A DNA stretch of 64,000 bases from Lingula anatina. Lineage: Eukaryota; Animalia; Brachiopoda. Within the stretch, counting starts at the first letter, position 1; each line of letters starts with the position of its first letter. The notes under the pieces were generated by a model, which did not search any database, had not been told where the DNA came from, and worked only from the letters and a program-made list of their open reading frames with translations. A program made the position numbers and the translations under genes. The DNA lies in contig CM120640.1 of NCBI GenBank assembly GCA_051362555.1, positions 17,546,001-17,610,000 on the forward strand, read 5' to 3'. Below are positions 51,484 through 64,000 of this stretch, piece after piece.

Positions 51484-54400
51484 ATATATGTGGTTTATCC
51501 TCAGATTCAATTTTAGGCCTTTAATTATGTTAGCATGTTAATGTATAATTGCATGAGAATTAACAGTTACCTATTTTGTGCATAATTTTTTTATGAAAGA
51601 AAAAAACTTTTTTATTATTTTTAAACTAAAAGAATGATTCTTAGGATTGACATACAGCTCAAATTGGAAAACCAGGTTGATTGTATAAAATATTTTTGTG
51701 AAATTTTCATTTTTCCATTTCTGGCATTTTCAAATTGTGAACTTGAACTTTTAAGGGCCTGAAGCCGTATGTTAGTTACACATTTTACTTACATCCAGAT
51801 GTCCTGTTTTGCATAATAAAAATGTGGTGTTGACATAATGTATTATTGCATCAGAATTGACAGTTCTCTATTTTGTGCATCATTTTTTCTGCTTTTTGTA
51901 TGTACATTTGACAGCTTTGCTGCATTGTTTATTTTTATCAAATAATCATGTATTTTTATGTACAAAGATAAATCTTCATTAAATACTAGTAGAGTTCGTA
52001 AATGAGCTTGATGGGCTCATTTTTTCAAAAGTTAAAAAAGACACCCCACCCTTTGAAATTGCTGGCTAGTGGCATACGTATGTCACAGTTATGACACTGG
52101 CAGATTTATGATTTTGCAAAAGGGGAGGAGGGCAAAAGAATATGAAAAATATTAAAGGCATAGAACATTTTTAGTATAATAATAACAAAATGTAGGCCTC
52201 ATTGATGAAAAAATGCGTTGTTTTGTCTTCACTTTTTCTTTGGGAGTAGAAAGGGTATGTCCATTACTAGTTAATACTTTTAAAGGAATGACAAAATAAA
52301 AATTTATACATAATCTTTATTTATTTCCAAACTGCGCACAAATCATAGCACTTTAAAGCAATCAAAACAGACCCAACAATTGCTTAAAATATAAACTATC
52401 CAAATAATGTAATTAGAACCCTCTAATTACCTATCTGCTTTATAATGATGACATTCAGCAGTCAATAATTCATAATTCCAATTTTTTTTTCATGACACAT
52501 TTTTGAACCAAAAGCAGCAACACGCTTTGTTAACCTTGTGGAATGGTAAAAAAAAAAAAGAAACAATCAAAACGGATGAAATTTGCAAGATTAAGAAAAC
52601 AATTGTACACATTTTGTAGACTTGCTTGTAAAAGGTAAATGGATAGTCGATATAAGCACTAATGTCAAATTATTCATCTATTGCCGTTAAACCCAGCTTA
52701 ATAGGCCTACCGCCAAATTTTTCGAATACACGTGTCAAATACAGAACTTCTTTTCATCTTTTCTTGAAAAAATAATATTTTCAGATTAATTTCCTACTTT
52801 GTTTCGGTGGTTTATGGACTAGAAGGGGGAATAAGATGAAATTTGAGACCAGAAATTAATTTCAGTTGCTTCTTGGCATGTGGATTTAATTTGTTTTGTA
52901 AAAAGCTGGCATTAATAATTTAGATTCGTTAAAAGATATTTACACTCCATGTCTTTTTTTAGTTAAGTATGATTTCTTCATTGTCGTGGGTGCTCGAAGT
53001 GTGAATGAATACGATGAAGATTCAATTATGAGTTTTACAGATACTGCGATTTTTCAAGTCATAAATTCTTAAATTTGGAGCATTATTATCAAATGGAAGC
53101 AGCAAAATTAAAAAGTAGGTTACCTTTTAATTCTATTCTATATGGTAAAAACACCTCAAATGCCATATAAAAATATATATATTAATGTTTCTAAAATATG
53201 TATCTGAAAGATTGTTGATTTTTCTCATTGAAAAGGTCGAGTCATTATATTATTGTACAGTATCACAATCCTGAATTTGCTTGCTGACAAAATATGTTTT
53301 GACCTGGAAATATTGTCTGATAAGAATAACCAAGAACTTTTTAAGACTTTTTCTATGGGAAAGAGTCATGACCAAACTTTAACTTGTATATAAATGATAA
53401 TTTCCGTATACTAAAGCCAGAGTTATCTTTAAAATTCACTTTAAAAGATATCTCATTTCACGGTAGTAGAATATTAGAACTGTTCAGCTTAAATAATAGA
53501 AATGTAACCCGGTGATAGTGTCTTGGCAGAATTTTCTTTTATTTTTCCTACAATATGATTAAAGAGGGTTTGGGGCCTTTAAAAAGTGAAAATCTTATAT
53601 TCAAGAAAAACAGTTGTTTTTCTTTGAGTACACTTATCCATACCCATTTGTAAAGCATAAAGCTCTGTGTCACAACAAGAAAAAGACTATAAAAACTGAA
53701 ATGTATTTTTGGTCCTCTATTGAAAATAACAAGAAACTGAGATCTAAAAATGTTCTTTTACAAAACGCATGAGATTTTTCCATCCATACATAACAGGTTC
53801 ATCTAGGTGATCTTTTTCATTCACTTGCAGTTCATTGAACATCATCACCATCAGCTGTCACTCCAAACTACTATTTGTGGCCAACTTAATTTTACCAGAA
53901 TAAGAATTCAAAATAGAACATTTCCCACTAGTTTTAAATGAAGGATGCAAAACTGCCTTACAAGTCATTTGAAGACAATGAAAATTTCTACCCAAAGATG
54001 TATGTAAACGTATCCCTGCCTAATATAAGCAAATTATAACATAAACGAGACCACAGTACAAGGTTAGTTAATGCAATACAAAATATATATTATTTGATAC
54101 AATCTGCATACAAACAAACAAAATAGTTGCTGCCACAAGCCCAGTTCCTTGTTTTTTATTTAATTTTTTTTTTTTTCATTAAAAAAAATCCTTTGTACAT
54201 AATACTATTCATCACCAAAAAAATGCAATATAGTTAGGAGTAGTATATTATTTTGGGAAAATGAAATAAAATAATTTTTTTGTTACAATGACAACAATAA
54301 ATGCCTTGCTAGTTCAATAAAATCAACCCAAATTATAAATGACAAGACACATACTAGAGGGCACTGCTAATTTAAATTTTCAAACTTGAAAATGTTATTT

Positions 54401-55791
54401 TTCCAAAAACAATATTTTTTTTTGGTGAATTTTCCTTGAGACAATGGCAATCTACATCTTTATAACACCAGGCAGTTTTAAAAACAAAACTTACTGCATA
54501 TACCTGTTTCATAATGCACAATAAAAAGCACCTGTAAGTTTTTCCATTACCATCAAGACATTCTATTACAAGAAGAAATAACCCACTTTGCATAGCAATA
54601 ACCTAAATCTAAGAGCACATTGACTGCAATTAATTAATTTACAAACTAATACCATAAAATATTGAGTGATGCAGAAAATTAGCAGAAGTAACAAGATGGA
54701 GACTGGCATAAGTCATGCATATGTAACTGCTGCTAAAGCCCATTATCTTATTTGTTGTATTAACTGGAATGCACTGCCTAAGAAAACTAGTGTCCTCAAC
54801 AATTTGCTTTGGTCCAAAATTAAATTCCACTTTCAGCAAGGCAATCCACTGGGTGATCCTGGAATTTGTTTGAGTTGGGGGTGGGGGGGGAATCGAGGGC
54901 ACGATGATAATTTTTTCTGTTGAATAAAGCAAGGCAAGTCTAAAATAGCAGACAGGGATGAGAAAATATTTAGTGCTGTTTCATTGTGCTTTAATAATCT
55001 TTTTTTTGAGGGGGGGGGGAGGAGGAGGATGGGGTCCCTTTAGTCCAAAGGGCAGGGGGTAGAGTGGTGGCCTATTGAGTCTCCCCTAGATCCAATATTA
55101 CATTCTAAAAGAAAACGAGCATTGCATTTCAATTCTCAGCCTGGCACTTCTGCTTTATCTTAATGAATGCTACTCCCTTCTGGATGGTATGCTTTTGAAA
55201 AGTCTAATCTAGTTTTTTTATTTCTTTTCTAAACTCAAATTTTGTTAAGAGTCATTTACAGTGTATCAAGATACCATGGGTTAAAAGCAATGGTCCCAAA
55301 TGCATCACTTATCCCCTGCATCCTTCACAAATTGTATCTAAAGTAAAATTCATAAGCCATTTCACTCTCATATTTTCAAAATAATTATAGAGTTCATATA
55401 TTAAACTGTCAAAAGTATCTGAAATGTGTATGCCCAAGAACTAAAACAATAAATATTTTATTCAAAAATAATTAAATTCTTTAACCCATAACTTAAACAA
55501 AAATATATCTTTAAATACATATAACTATATTTATATATGTATATAAATTGTGGATAGATAAAAGAAAGCCATCCTGAATTTCAGAAATATGAATAATGTG
55601 CATATAAACATATATAAAATCAGGTTAGGGTAGTATTAAATACATCAGCTGTAAAAGAATAAAAGAAAGCCCTAAATTATTGGGTCGATTGTCCAGCAAT
55701 TTCTTTAAAACTTGATATTTGATTGCAGCAAAGTCTCTGTCTTCTTGAATGCTATTGGTGTGACGCAGTAATAGGTCTTGTCAAACATGCT

Positions 55792-58700
55792 TCATAGGGC
55801 AACATTGTTAACACCTTCTTCATGGACACTGGCATGGTCCTGCCCATAATATTGTCTTCTATGTTCTGCATATGACAATCTGGCTTTAGTCACAATCTTG
55901 ATCATGTTGCAAGCTAGCAGAATGGCAAAAAGCTGAAACAGAAGTTTTCATAATAGTTAACATATCTAAATGAAGTCAAACTCAAAGCAAAATAATAAAA
56001 GGAAGCATGAAACTACTAGAATTAATATTATGTGCAAACACTATGACATGAATATAAAATGTTCATTGTTGATAATAATCAATCAATTGTATATATAGAT
56101 ATATATAATTTTATAACTGACCATTCTTCTTAAAAATGTAATCAAAATACATATACAAACAAAACAATTTAACCTTACCTCCAGAAATCCAACAGAAAAT
56201 GCAATCAAACCTATAATAAATAACTGATCCCTGAATAATTGTAAAAGAGCACCAATACAACCATTTGTGTAAATCACATTATCAGCAGATTGTTCCTAAA
56301 ATTGAAAAAAAAAAAGATGATACTGATTGCATCAAGAATCGTAATGTCAAGGAAATCTTAAGACTCATGATAACCAAATAAATTTCAATAAAAGTCAAAA
56401 TATTTCACAAAAAAAAAAAAAAAAAAAAATGATTGTCTGAACCTGTAAAAAAATTACCAAATGTAAAAAAAAATGTAGCAGTGTGTCTGATGTCAAAATA
56501 TATTGAAGTGAGATTGCTTGGGATGGGAGACCATTCTCACAGGGCCCAAGAGGGGTGAGGCACAAAAAATACAAGTAAATAAAGTAAACAAAAAAGCATA
56601 ATGAAAACATTGATTATTCTATCCCAATGCCCTACATACAATAGTAAGATTTTTATGTTAAACTAATATGAACAATTATGCAAAGATTTCATAGGAAACT
56701 GCTCTTTCAGGTCACAGTAATAGAAACTTCCTGGACCTTGCAGCATGTGTGTGACTTACCCCCAGGCTCCTTGAACCATAGCCACACTGTATATTTTTGA
56801 GAAGTGACTGTGGCAGAGTTTGCTGCTTGCAGCAGGACATGGGAACACCACAGTGAGACACAGCAGCGGAGGAGCAATTGAAATATATGTTGACATCCCA
56901 GTCATTGTAGCCACTGCCCCCACAGCACTTGTACTGCATAAGAAATAAAGAATATTGTTAGAATAAAAACCATGTTATAGATGCTTTCCATAAAAAAAAT
57001 TTTATACTTAACAGAATTCCACAGCAATACAGTTATGACAACATATCCTGATGTCCTTTTTAAAAATCATTTTTCATTCATCATGTACAACCAATGTATG
57101 TAACAAGGAAAAGAAATGTCAAGTAATATTATTGTCAGGTAAAATCACTTTCATTTAAGAAGTCCCTACCTCAGACTGTATGTAGTCTATAGCATTTTGT
57201 AAGTCGAGGTCATCCTGATAGTTAACTATGGCCTGCCTGGTGTACTTGGTGAGGCCTGCTGTGATGTGGTCCAGAAAGACAAATGCTATAACACCAGAAG
57301 CCAACTCAGCCAGGAATACTAGCACCAATATGGCACAAAACTGAAATAATATTTTTTTCATTATAATTTTCACAGTGTATGGCAGTTATTACTGAAAATG
57401 TTAATTTTAAAACTTAAAAGTGCTCAAGGTTAATGGCACAATGCCACTATTAATGTACATCAAAATATTATTATTAATTAATATACTTTCAAGTCCACAA
57501 TATAATACCTCATATGCAGTGTCACTTTCTAACACATTGTATGTCCAGTTTTTTAGTTCATTCTTATTACCCCCACAGAAACCTATTCTGCTCCACTAAC
57601 ATATATTCAAACCTAACAAATAGCTATATCTACACTGTACCAATCCAAACAAAATAATCAACATAACACTTTGCTACCACTCATGCATTGGCAATACCTT
57701 CTCCCCCCCCCTCCCCTCCACACGCAAGCACACACATGAACTAAAATTGAATGAAATAAAATCAAAACTGAACTAGAAAAGCACTCCGAGAGTGCAGACC
57801 TCCGCCAAGGCAGCGATTTTTGATTATTATTATTGAATATTGATTGATTATTGATCCTGATCACAACCAAAAACTAATCACTTCTAAGTTAACCCATTTC
57901 CCACCTACCCTGAAAATTTCATCAGAATCGGTCCATAACTTTTTGAGTTATGTTGATGACAAACAGACAGACAGACAGACAGGAGTGAAAACATAACCTC
58001 CTTTGCAGAGGTAATAAAAAATTAAAATATCAAAAAAATCTGACTAATCTAATTTAGTCAATATACTCACTGTCTGTAGCAGACAGATATTTTCCCTCAG
58101 TGCACCTAAGCAGCCAAAGAAGCTGATGACAAACATAGCACACCCCACAGCAAGGACAAGGAAAGCAGGATCTGTTATCACACTATCCAGACTGGCAAAC
58201 CCTTGTTTCTCTATCCTTGCCCAGCTCCCTATACCAATGAATGCTCCACCAGCCAGCTGAAATAATGATAAAACAACTGCACATGCAAACATATGCACAC
58301 AGGCTATATATATATATATCTGCCTTAAAATACCATAATGATATAATTTATTACTTGCAAAGTTGAAAAATCACAATGGATATGAAGCAAAAACTAAAGA
58401 GATGTTTAAAGAACTAAGTAGAAAGATTTTCCTCATTGGGTCAAAGACATCTAATAAAAACTGATGAATGTCTCATATCAACAATTTTTTTAAAATTATG
58501 ATAAATAACAGTATAATTTTATTATACTTTGACTGTAATTTCAATGGGGTGTCACATGAATAAAGCAAGATTTTGAAATGTGGCCATTTAAGCATGATTT
58601 GGTATGTAGTTTATTTATTACATTATAGATTTGAATAACATTTTCCATAAATAAAAATCAAGCGTGTGTTTATATCTCTTGGTATAACAAATATGATATG

Positions 58701-59445
58701 ATATATGTGGGAAGGGGGGGCTTAATTGTGGAACCTGATGAATTGAAATTCAAATATTTCTTTTAATCTGTCCAACATGTTTTATTTTTACCTTTTTCTG
58801 GTATAAAAGGTATAATGGGCATAAAGCTCTATGAATAAAGAGACGTGTCTGTTGAACTTTTGTGTAACAGTATGCAATACAGTTTTATAAAATATGTTTG
58901 TAGATATGATCCGGTCTTTACAAACAATGCAACAGTATGAGAGGCAGCTTTATGAAATCCAAGACGATCCAATTTTTACAAACAAGCTGATAGCATTTAA
59001 CTTAAAACAATAATTTACTCTAGGATATACAAGTCAAATCAATTGCGCATTGGATTGTTTTTACTGTACCTGAGTAAAGTACGGTAACCTGAAACTGTAC
59101 ACACGATATCAAAAATAAACACGTCACATGAGTCACCAACTGCAAATCTTAAAATTTGCACAGCTGCACTTTTAATGAACATGGTACTGAAACTGGCAGT
59201 GGTACATCAAAACAAACGACGATTTGCACTCGAATTATCACCAAATTTACAGCACATTATTTACAGCATCCACCAAAAAAACTTACCCACACTAAAAAAT
59301 TAATTCCAAATAAGCTGTATTTAGTCCATGTTTCACAGAGACAGCAGTCATCCACGGAGCAGCAACCCCCGTGCGTGCGAATCACTCGTTCATCAAGAGA
59401 CGTGGACTCGTGCCAATCTTGAACGTGGTTGCTGTAAGGCTGCAT
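55792..59445 (-). CDS. Tetraspanin of the TspanC8 subgroup (TSPAN5/14/17/33-like), 315 aa. Exons: 59287-59445, 58071-58256, 57170-57340, 56760-56933, 56179-56295, 55792-55932
   Basis: Four TM segments, GCLGALRENICLL, and a large extracellular loop with CCG, DWDVNIYFNC, CGVPMSCC, NIQCGYG and IYTNGC (8 Cys). All five introns are GT-AG and phase 0. Confidence 0.94.
57772..58015 (-). mobile_element. Helentron-associated non-autonomous element (HINE/pearl-like) in a tetraspanin intron
   Basis: ACTAG terminus, hairpin GCACTC-cga-GAGTGC, subterminal inverted repeats ACCTCCGCCAAGG and CCTTTGCAGAGGT, and a (CAGA)n microsatellite near the other end. Confidence 0.8.
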
Positions 59446-59680
59446 AGCTCTAATTCAGAAAATGCCGTTTTATAAGGTGTGCAACTTTGTGCATAGTTAA
59501 CAACACGCATATACTCGCATAAACCGTTTGCATTTGATTTCATGCGGGCTTCACTAATTTCCGATCCCACCTGAGCACTCCGAGATCCTCCATGTTGTTT
59601 ACACGACAAAGCCTCATTTTCAATATCAAGACAGTCTTTTACTTTGGTACATTAGCGAAATATCGTTGACAGAAAGGGAG

Positions 59681-59682
<2 letters not shown>

Positions 59683-59717
<35 letters not shown>

Positions 59718-59725
59718 GGGAGGGG
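59683..59725 (+). repeat. Poly-G tract (more than 30 G) upstream of the tetraspanin start
   Basis: Direct reading. The run length may be affected by sequencing error. Confidence 0.85.
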
Positions 59726-60255
59726 ACAAGACACTTAAAAGAGGAAGTCATAATTATATCTTAACTATTGTATTGCTCATCGTTTTTGTTCAGATGCAAT
59801 TTCTTTAACACTGTGAATGTTAATATACTACCGATATATCTTAATTAACCTTATAAAGTTCGAGATTAATTAATGAAAATAATAAGTCATCTCCAATATC
59901 TGATTAAATTGGTTTAAGTTTGCCTATATTCATGGTTTCACTGTTGTTCGGAAAAAAATTAGGACTGCACTTTTATTTGCACAGAAATTTGAATCTTTAT
60001 ATAACTGCATGAGGCAAAGCCTTGGATTTGATTCACCCATTACTTTTGTGCATTGCGCATTAGAGAAAATTCGAAAATAGGCAATGAGGACATACATTTA
60101 CATTACTATGCTATACATGTACTTAGTAATTGGTTTTCTGTTTTTATTTCAAATATGAGAGGGGTGGAATTATCCCTTTTTACAAAAGTCTTTTGAATGT
60201 TCTTTTTTTAGCCCCTAGATTCTTGTTGTCGGCAACCAGCAGATATTCTAAAAAG

Positions 60256-62424
60256 TCAATAACGTAGATTTTGGCAGCAAAGGGGATTTTCTTGTCGTAG
60301 TTTAACCCGAACCCTAGAGCCAAGTATATCGGCAGAAAAAGAGCGAGATAAATGGCCGGGATTCGGACAGTCATTGTTGGTAAAGATGTTGATTCCCCTA
60401 TCTTCAGATGCTGAACCATCAGATGGTCCAAAAGGGTTAGGTGAATTCCACTTTGCAGCCACTACCGTCGGCGATGGTCTTGAATGGCGTTTTGGTGTCG
60501 GTTTTGGAAACCGTTGTACACCGATTTCACGGCGCCGTGGTTTTTGGCGATTAGTCTCGTCTGGGCACAGTGCGGCCACTGCGGCGGAACATCTGTTAAT
60601 GTTTGGTCCGCTGACATTTGCTGAAAGCAAGGGAAGTGTGCCATATATTATAAGAAGTATGTTCACGTTAAATTAAAAGACGTGCTAGCTGAAGTCAATC
60701 TGACATGCTTGTAAATTTGGCATTCCATTGCCTTCACTCCAAATATTTAAACGAATACATTTATTCAAAATGATAGCGCGTTTTGACTTCCAAATAAAAC
60801 CCAATCGAGCAAGGATATTTCTACTCACTTAATCTCAGTTTGTCATTTGTTGAGCTGACTGCCATTCTAAACATGAAAGCAATGGTGGCGCCTGTAATAC
60901 TGGCATACAGCAAGCACGCAAGGGTCGCAGAATACGGCTCCAACGCGAAGGCCATCAACACCTTGATGTGGGGGGTGATGGCTTTAAATAACGCGTCGAA
61001 GAACAAGAAGGTGCAAACTAACACAAAGAAAAAAATTAAGATACAGCTTTAGAAATAAAAACAGCATTTTCATATTCTAACACAACAGAAGCAACACTAG
61101 GTTTGAAGTTTGAATGATTTCCTTTCCGAGTGGACCTTTATCCCACGTTGACACGGAAGGCAATGTTATCAATATTATATGTTATATTTTTCATTCGTTA
61201 TATATATGATAGTATATCTGACTTACTCATTAAACCCATCATCTTAATATCCTCCCAGTTGTTAAGATAGCTTCTTTCGGGGATCATCTTGATGAACAAG
61301 GCGATTCCGAGTATCAGGATACAGTCGTAATATTCGTTCAGCAACCACGTAAACAGCATGAGGCAGTCTGCCATAAATTCCTTCCAACTCTCAGGGGGCA
61401 GCGCATATGCTTCATTTATATGTATATATTTTCTCCAGTCAGTGGCGCAGAATGCTAAAATATAATTTGAAAAAAGTGTATCTAGTAACAAACTTGCAAC
61501 CTACAGAACCTGCGTCAGAAATCTGACAAATGGCTTCGGTTTGAAAGAGGAATTTATTCTACGACCTAAAGACTCGTTTGACTGCTCCGTTGAAAACAAG
61601 AATGATGGTGCGTATCAACATCCATATCAAGCAATTTGAAAACTATAATGGGAATGGAAATTGGCACTGAATAAAGGTCCATTACTTAGCAAATGTCTCT
61701 TCGTTTTTCGGGGTTTTATTTTTTAGAATTTTTATAAATAGCGTGCTGGCACCCTTCAAACATAAATAAATGAAAATAATAAAGATATTTTGAAAAACTT
61801 ACGGTCAAAATAGTCAAAGACATTTATTGGTATAGTAGCTAGATCGGGAGTCTCTTCGCAGTTATTGCACACGGTACGGATTCTGGTCCATTTTGTTGTC
61901 TTCCCGTCTCCGATTTTATTGCTTGAAACGCGTTTCTGACCGCCAGAGGATGAAATGTATCCTTGTTCCAAAGCAGGGCTAAAAATAACGAAGTTTTAAA
62001 ACGCAGCACAATGTCAGATTTGAAGGCATTCACATCATGCATGGTACATGGCTCACAAACTCACATTAAGTGAATGCATCCATCTTGTTTATTGTTTCCG
62101 TTTCTTTTACGGAAAATGCAAGGTGAAATCGACCCGAAAATTTCCTCGCAAAATTTTCTGTTCAATATTTCGCGACTACTTTCACACGGATTCATTTGGA
62201 AGTACACTCAATATACGTATATATAATAAAAACTGGGCAACAAATCCACCTTTCCTCATCAAATCAATCTTTTCGTTTGGTAAAGTCCTTAATTTTGTGT
62301 AAGTATATAGATAAGAAGACAAGCACACGTCAAGCCTGATTAAATTATTCTTTAAAGGCAACACTTACCCGTTGATACAATTCTGGATGGCAATGATGAA
62401 AAGACAAAGTAATTTAAAATCCAT
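60256..62424 (-). CDS. Uncharacterised multi-pass membrane protein with signal peptide, about 337 aa. Exons: 62369-62424, 61803-61978, 61227-61454, 60829-61017, 60256-60620 (possible extra exon 62065-62157)
   Basis: Four consensus donors (GTAAGT x3, GTGAGT) and pyrimidine-rich acceptors join with matching phases 2,1,1,1 into one stop-free frame: MDFKLLCLFIIAIQNCING-PALEQGY...VFDYFD-P-FCATDW...MMGLM-I-CTFLFF...DKLRL-T-NVSGPN...CCQNLRY*. No family recognised. Confidence 0.72.
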
Positions 62425-63111
62425 TATGTCAAATATCAGGCAATACGACCCATTTCTGTCAAGTTGTTGCCACAAGTGTAAACTCTAGGTGAATCTACGT
62501 AGCTTTTACGTCATAGGTAAACGACTTGACACAATGAGCTCAATGTGACGTCATCCCAAACCATCTTTTAAACAAAGTCCGAATCATCAATTTCTACCTA
62601 CTCTTCAACCGTTAAGGGTTTTTAAATTATGCATACGTGATACGTTACGTCATGGTTTATCCCAGATTCCATACCGTATGTTTACAAAATTATGTGATCA
62701 AAAATATACAACAAGCACGCTCGCAGAAATTTCAACGCATCCAAGCATCCCTCGTTTGTTGTTTCACGTTTAAAATCATAAGTGCAAACACCTGGTTTAA
62801 ATGCATTTTACCGCTAGTGAAAAACAAGTTGTAAAGCTGATGCGTGAGGTGTTTATTAATTATACACGTAAGGTTAATTGCGACAACAGTGCGAGTATAC
62901 CGATTTCATAAGAGAATTAATCTTTTTGATTTTTGAACAGTTCCACCAAAACCACTGCATGCGCATTTGTGACTGTCAACAAAAATGACAAACATAATAT
63001 TTTTTTATTCTTTAGCGTTTCAAGATTCTCACTTTTTGCAAATAAGTCTGAAAAAAACGCAAATGCTGCCCCGTCCAATGTTTTCCTAGTGTACATTATC
63101 TGTACGTAGGG

Positions 63112-63951
63112 CTACGAACCAATCTTTCTCGAGTGCCCGTTCGTCCTTTTCACCAGTTTGTCGAGGTATGTGAAGAAGGGTGCGTAATTGCCGCTACCCT
63201 GCACATGGTGAGCAAAGTGCCGAGCCGGCCCACCCATCAGTCCAAAGGGAACTAGCTTGTCCAATCCCCATGGCCAATCATACACGCAATGGTTTTCCAT
63301 TAACAACCACAAGAAGATTGGGACGTAGATGGCTCTGGTGAGAGGATGGCTGTTCACGATCTTAAGCCCTTCGTTTGCTGATAAAATGAGCACAATTCTC
63401 TCCACGACGGTCAGCTGGTTGGTCACGTGAATGTCGACGGTTGCATGGTCGTGGTGTAGCGCGTGGAACGTTTTGTAGAGCCAGGCGTTCTTGTGGAGTG
63501 AGTAGTGAACCAAGAAAAAGAACATATCAAAGACTACCAGAGCACATACGATGTGGATGGGGATAAGGGCCACGGAGGGTGGTTCAGCTGGGAGAGCTCT
63601 GGTGGTCTGTACCCATGTCTGTCGTTTCATCTTCCAAACCATCGGATCAATGCCACAGCCCTTATAGTGCTTCACCATGAATGTGTCCATCAAAGCAAGA
63701 GGGGCCATATAAAACACACCAGTCTTCAACATCTCCAGGGCAGTAAATGGTATAAAACGATGCTTCTTGTCGATCTTGTACCGATTGAAAAGGGGTATCG
63801 AGTCAATCAGTCTGTACATGGGAACGAGCAGTACTGTGAAACACACTGGCGCCCACACGGTTTCGAAGTAGACGCTGTTGAACCACCACTGCTGAAGAAG
63901 CCACGCCCATGTCTCATTCACAGCATTCTGTAGGTGCTCAGCCAAAAGCAT
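63112..63951 (-). CDS. Fatty acid hydroxylase/sterol desaturase superfamily protein (cholesterol 25-hydroxylase-like), 279 aa
   Basis: Histidine boxes HYSLH, HALHH, ENH and HFAHH, plus DMFFFLVH and GNYAPFFTYLDKL, with hydrophobic segments. A 5' exon may lie beyond the window. Confidence 0.92.
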   Translation of the reverse strand: MLLAEHLQNAVNETWAWLLQQWWFNSVYFETVWAPVCFTVLLVPMYRLIDSIPLFNRYKIDKKHRFIPFTALEMLKTGVFYMAPLALMDTFMVKHYKGCGIDPMVWKMKRQTWVQTTRALPAEPPSVALIPIHIVCALVVFDMFFFLVHYSLHKNAWLYKTFHALHHDHATVDIHVTNQLTVVERIVLILSANEGLKIVNSHPLTRAIYVPIFLWLLMENHCVYDWPWGLDKLVPFGLMGGPARHFAHHVQGSGNYAPFFTYLDKLVKRTNGHSRKIGS

Positions 63952-64000
63952 GCCTACAGGAATGCAGGCTAAAATGCAGCAGCGGAGACCAAGTATTAAT

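Noticed and set aside
60374-61052. Plus-strand ORFs 60374-60676 and 60840-61052
   Set aside because: They are antisense shadows of the - strand orphan gene exons and have no + strand splice support.
63505-63933. 142-aa plus-strand ORF
   Set aside because: It is the antisense shadow of the hydroxylase CDS.

Overview
This is AT-rich eukaryotic DNA with GT-AG introns, not prokaryotic sequence. The repeat families and the mosaic CpG depletion suggest an invertebrate animal, possibly a lophotrochozoan (inference). Six genes can be built by hand with phase-consistent splice sites: (1) synaptotagmin-7 on +, 7 exons, 8816-37364, including a remote 5' exon for a glycosylatable luminal N-terminus; (2) a single-exon ankyrin-repeat/SOCS-box gene on -, 41042-42061; (3) APEX1 on +, 8 exons, 42433-50197, head-to-head with the ankyrin gene; (4) a TspanC8 tetraspanin on -, 6 exons, 55792-59445; (5) an unrecognised 5-exon gene on -, 60256-62424, encoding a signal peptide and several membrane segments, which the ORF track does not show as a unit; (6) a single-ORF sterol desaturase/CH25H-like hydroxylase on -, 63112-63951. 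Non-coding space holds many mobile-element relics: a Helitron-terminated 146-bp satellite, Harbinger and other MITEs with target-site duplications (TSDs), a Penelope fragment with inverted hammerhead-like ends, and a HINE. APEX1 intron 1 carries a decayed Crypton tyrosine recombinase, an 873-bp foldback element and a nested palindrome. No CRISPR array, rRNA or tRNA gene was recognised, and I found no clearly new multi-gene system. The best novelty candidates are the orphan membrane-protein gene and the structures in APEX1 intron 1.
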